A DNA stretch of 64,000 nucleotides, taken from assembly GCA_045612185.1 (NCBI GenBank), contig JAZKYO010000108.1:3352-67351 (forward strand). The letters are read 5' to 3'. Positions within the stretch are counted from its first letter, which is position 1; each line of letters opens with the position of its first letter. Positions 63,639 to 64,000 of this stretch are shown one piece after another. Source of the DNA: Eubacteriales bacterium. Its GTDB lineage: Bacteria > Bacillota > Clostridia > Oscillospirales > CAG-272. The notes under the pieces were generated by a model. The model was given only the letters and a program-made list of their open reading frames with translations. It was not told where the DNA came from and ran no database searches. The position numbers were made by a program, and so were the translations under genes.

Positions 63639-64000
63639 GTTTACTCTTGAAAAAGAATACGCCGAAAAAGGCTATCTTCACGTCTGCGGAGTAGACGAGG
63701 CGGGCAGAGGCCCTTTGTGCGGTCCCGTGGTTGCGGCAGCTTGTATTCTTCCCATCGACTGCGAAATAGAGGGGCTTAATGACTCCAAAAAGCTTAGTGA
63801 GAAAAAGCGCGAAGCGTTGTTTGACATAATAAAAGAAAAGGCTGTTTCGTACTGCATTGCCGAATCATCGGTTGAGGAAATCAACGTGCTTAACATTCTT
63901 GAAGCTACGCTTCTTGCTATGAGGCGCGCCATAGAAGGACTTTCGGTAAAGGCGGATTTCGCGCTCATCGACGGAAATATCTGTCGCGACTTCTCGCTTG
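63631..64000 (+). CDS. rnhB: Ribonuclease HII; its 3' end lies beyond the window end
   Basis: Absent from the track because it runs off the edge. My translation is [40 protein letters not shown]...[14 protein letters not shown]...ALIDGN. The start overlaps the rbgA stop by 8 nt. Confidence 0.9.
   Translation, partial: MLEFTLEKEYAEKGYLHVCGVDEAGRGPLCGPVVAAACILPIDCEIEGLNDSKKLSEKKREALFDIIKEKAVSYCIAESSVEEINVLNILEATLLAMRRAIEGLSVKADFALIDGNICRDFSL

Noticed and set aside
1-64000. A search by eye for CRISPR arrays, transposases, integrases, phage genes, toxin-antitoxin pairs and known defence-system genes.
   Set aside because: None found. There are no regularly spaced direct repeats and no DDE, tyrosine- or serine-recombinase motifs. 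Every sizeable ORF is accounted for by metabolic, transport, housekeeping or sporulation functions, or by the uncharacterised proteins reported above.

Overview
This window reads as a chromosomal segment of a sporulating Firmicute, Clostridia-like. That call rests on yabP/yabQ/spoVB-like genes, Bacillus-type synteny for yabM-yabN-(hup)-yabO-yabP-yabQ, recJ-relA-dtd and lepB-rbgA-rnhB, frequent TTG/GTG starts, and AGGAGG ribosome-binding sites. I support about 54 CDS, one tRNA-Thr(CGU), several near-consensus sigma-A promoters and about a dozen intrinsic terminators. I saw no rRNA, CRISPR array, transposase, integrase or phage genes.

Layout:
- (i) 1-12.5 kb, minus strand: an accessory operon. 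It holds a 1213-aa solute-binding protein (SBP) with a long N-terminal extension, two ABC permeases, an NHL-TPR-Yip1 membrane protein, a 1207-aa secreted protein and a third permease that is cut by the window edge. It is driven by a consensus promoter followed by a roughly 220-nt structured leader.
- (ii) 13.4-23.4 kb: housekeeping genes (nifU-nifS, an M50 protease, potABCD, aminotransferase-trpS, a WecA-like transferase).
- (iii) 23.4-34.1 kb: sugar and amino-sugar catabolic modules with three AraC-type regulators. They comprise PocR-AraC with an FGGY kinase, a FucI-like isomerase, a class II aldolase and a DUF4432-like protein; then nagA with a Gfo/Idh/MocA gene; then nagB.
- (iv) 34.5-52.9 kb: a long minus-strand housekeeping and sporulation array.
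- (v) 53.2-59.0 kb: an orphan lipoprotein SBP, then L-rhamnose isomerase flanked by two paralogous uncharacterised proteins, one a lipoprotein and one cytoplasmic.
- (vi) 59-64 kb: SPFH/NfeD and apgM-lepB-rbgA-rnhB.

The best candidates for undescribed biology are locus (i) and the paralog pair in (v). All functional calls come from reading motifs in the translations by eye; no database search was run.
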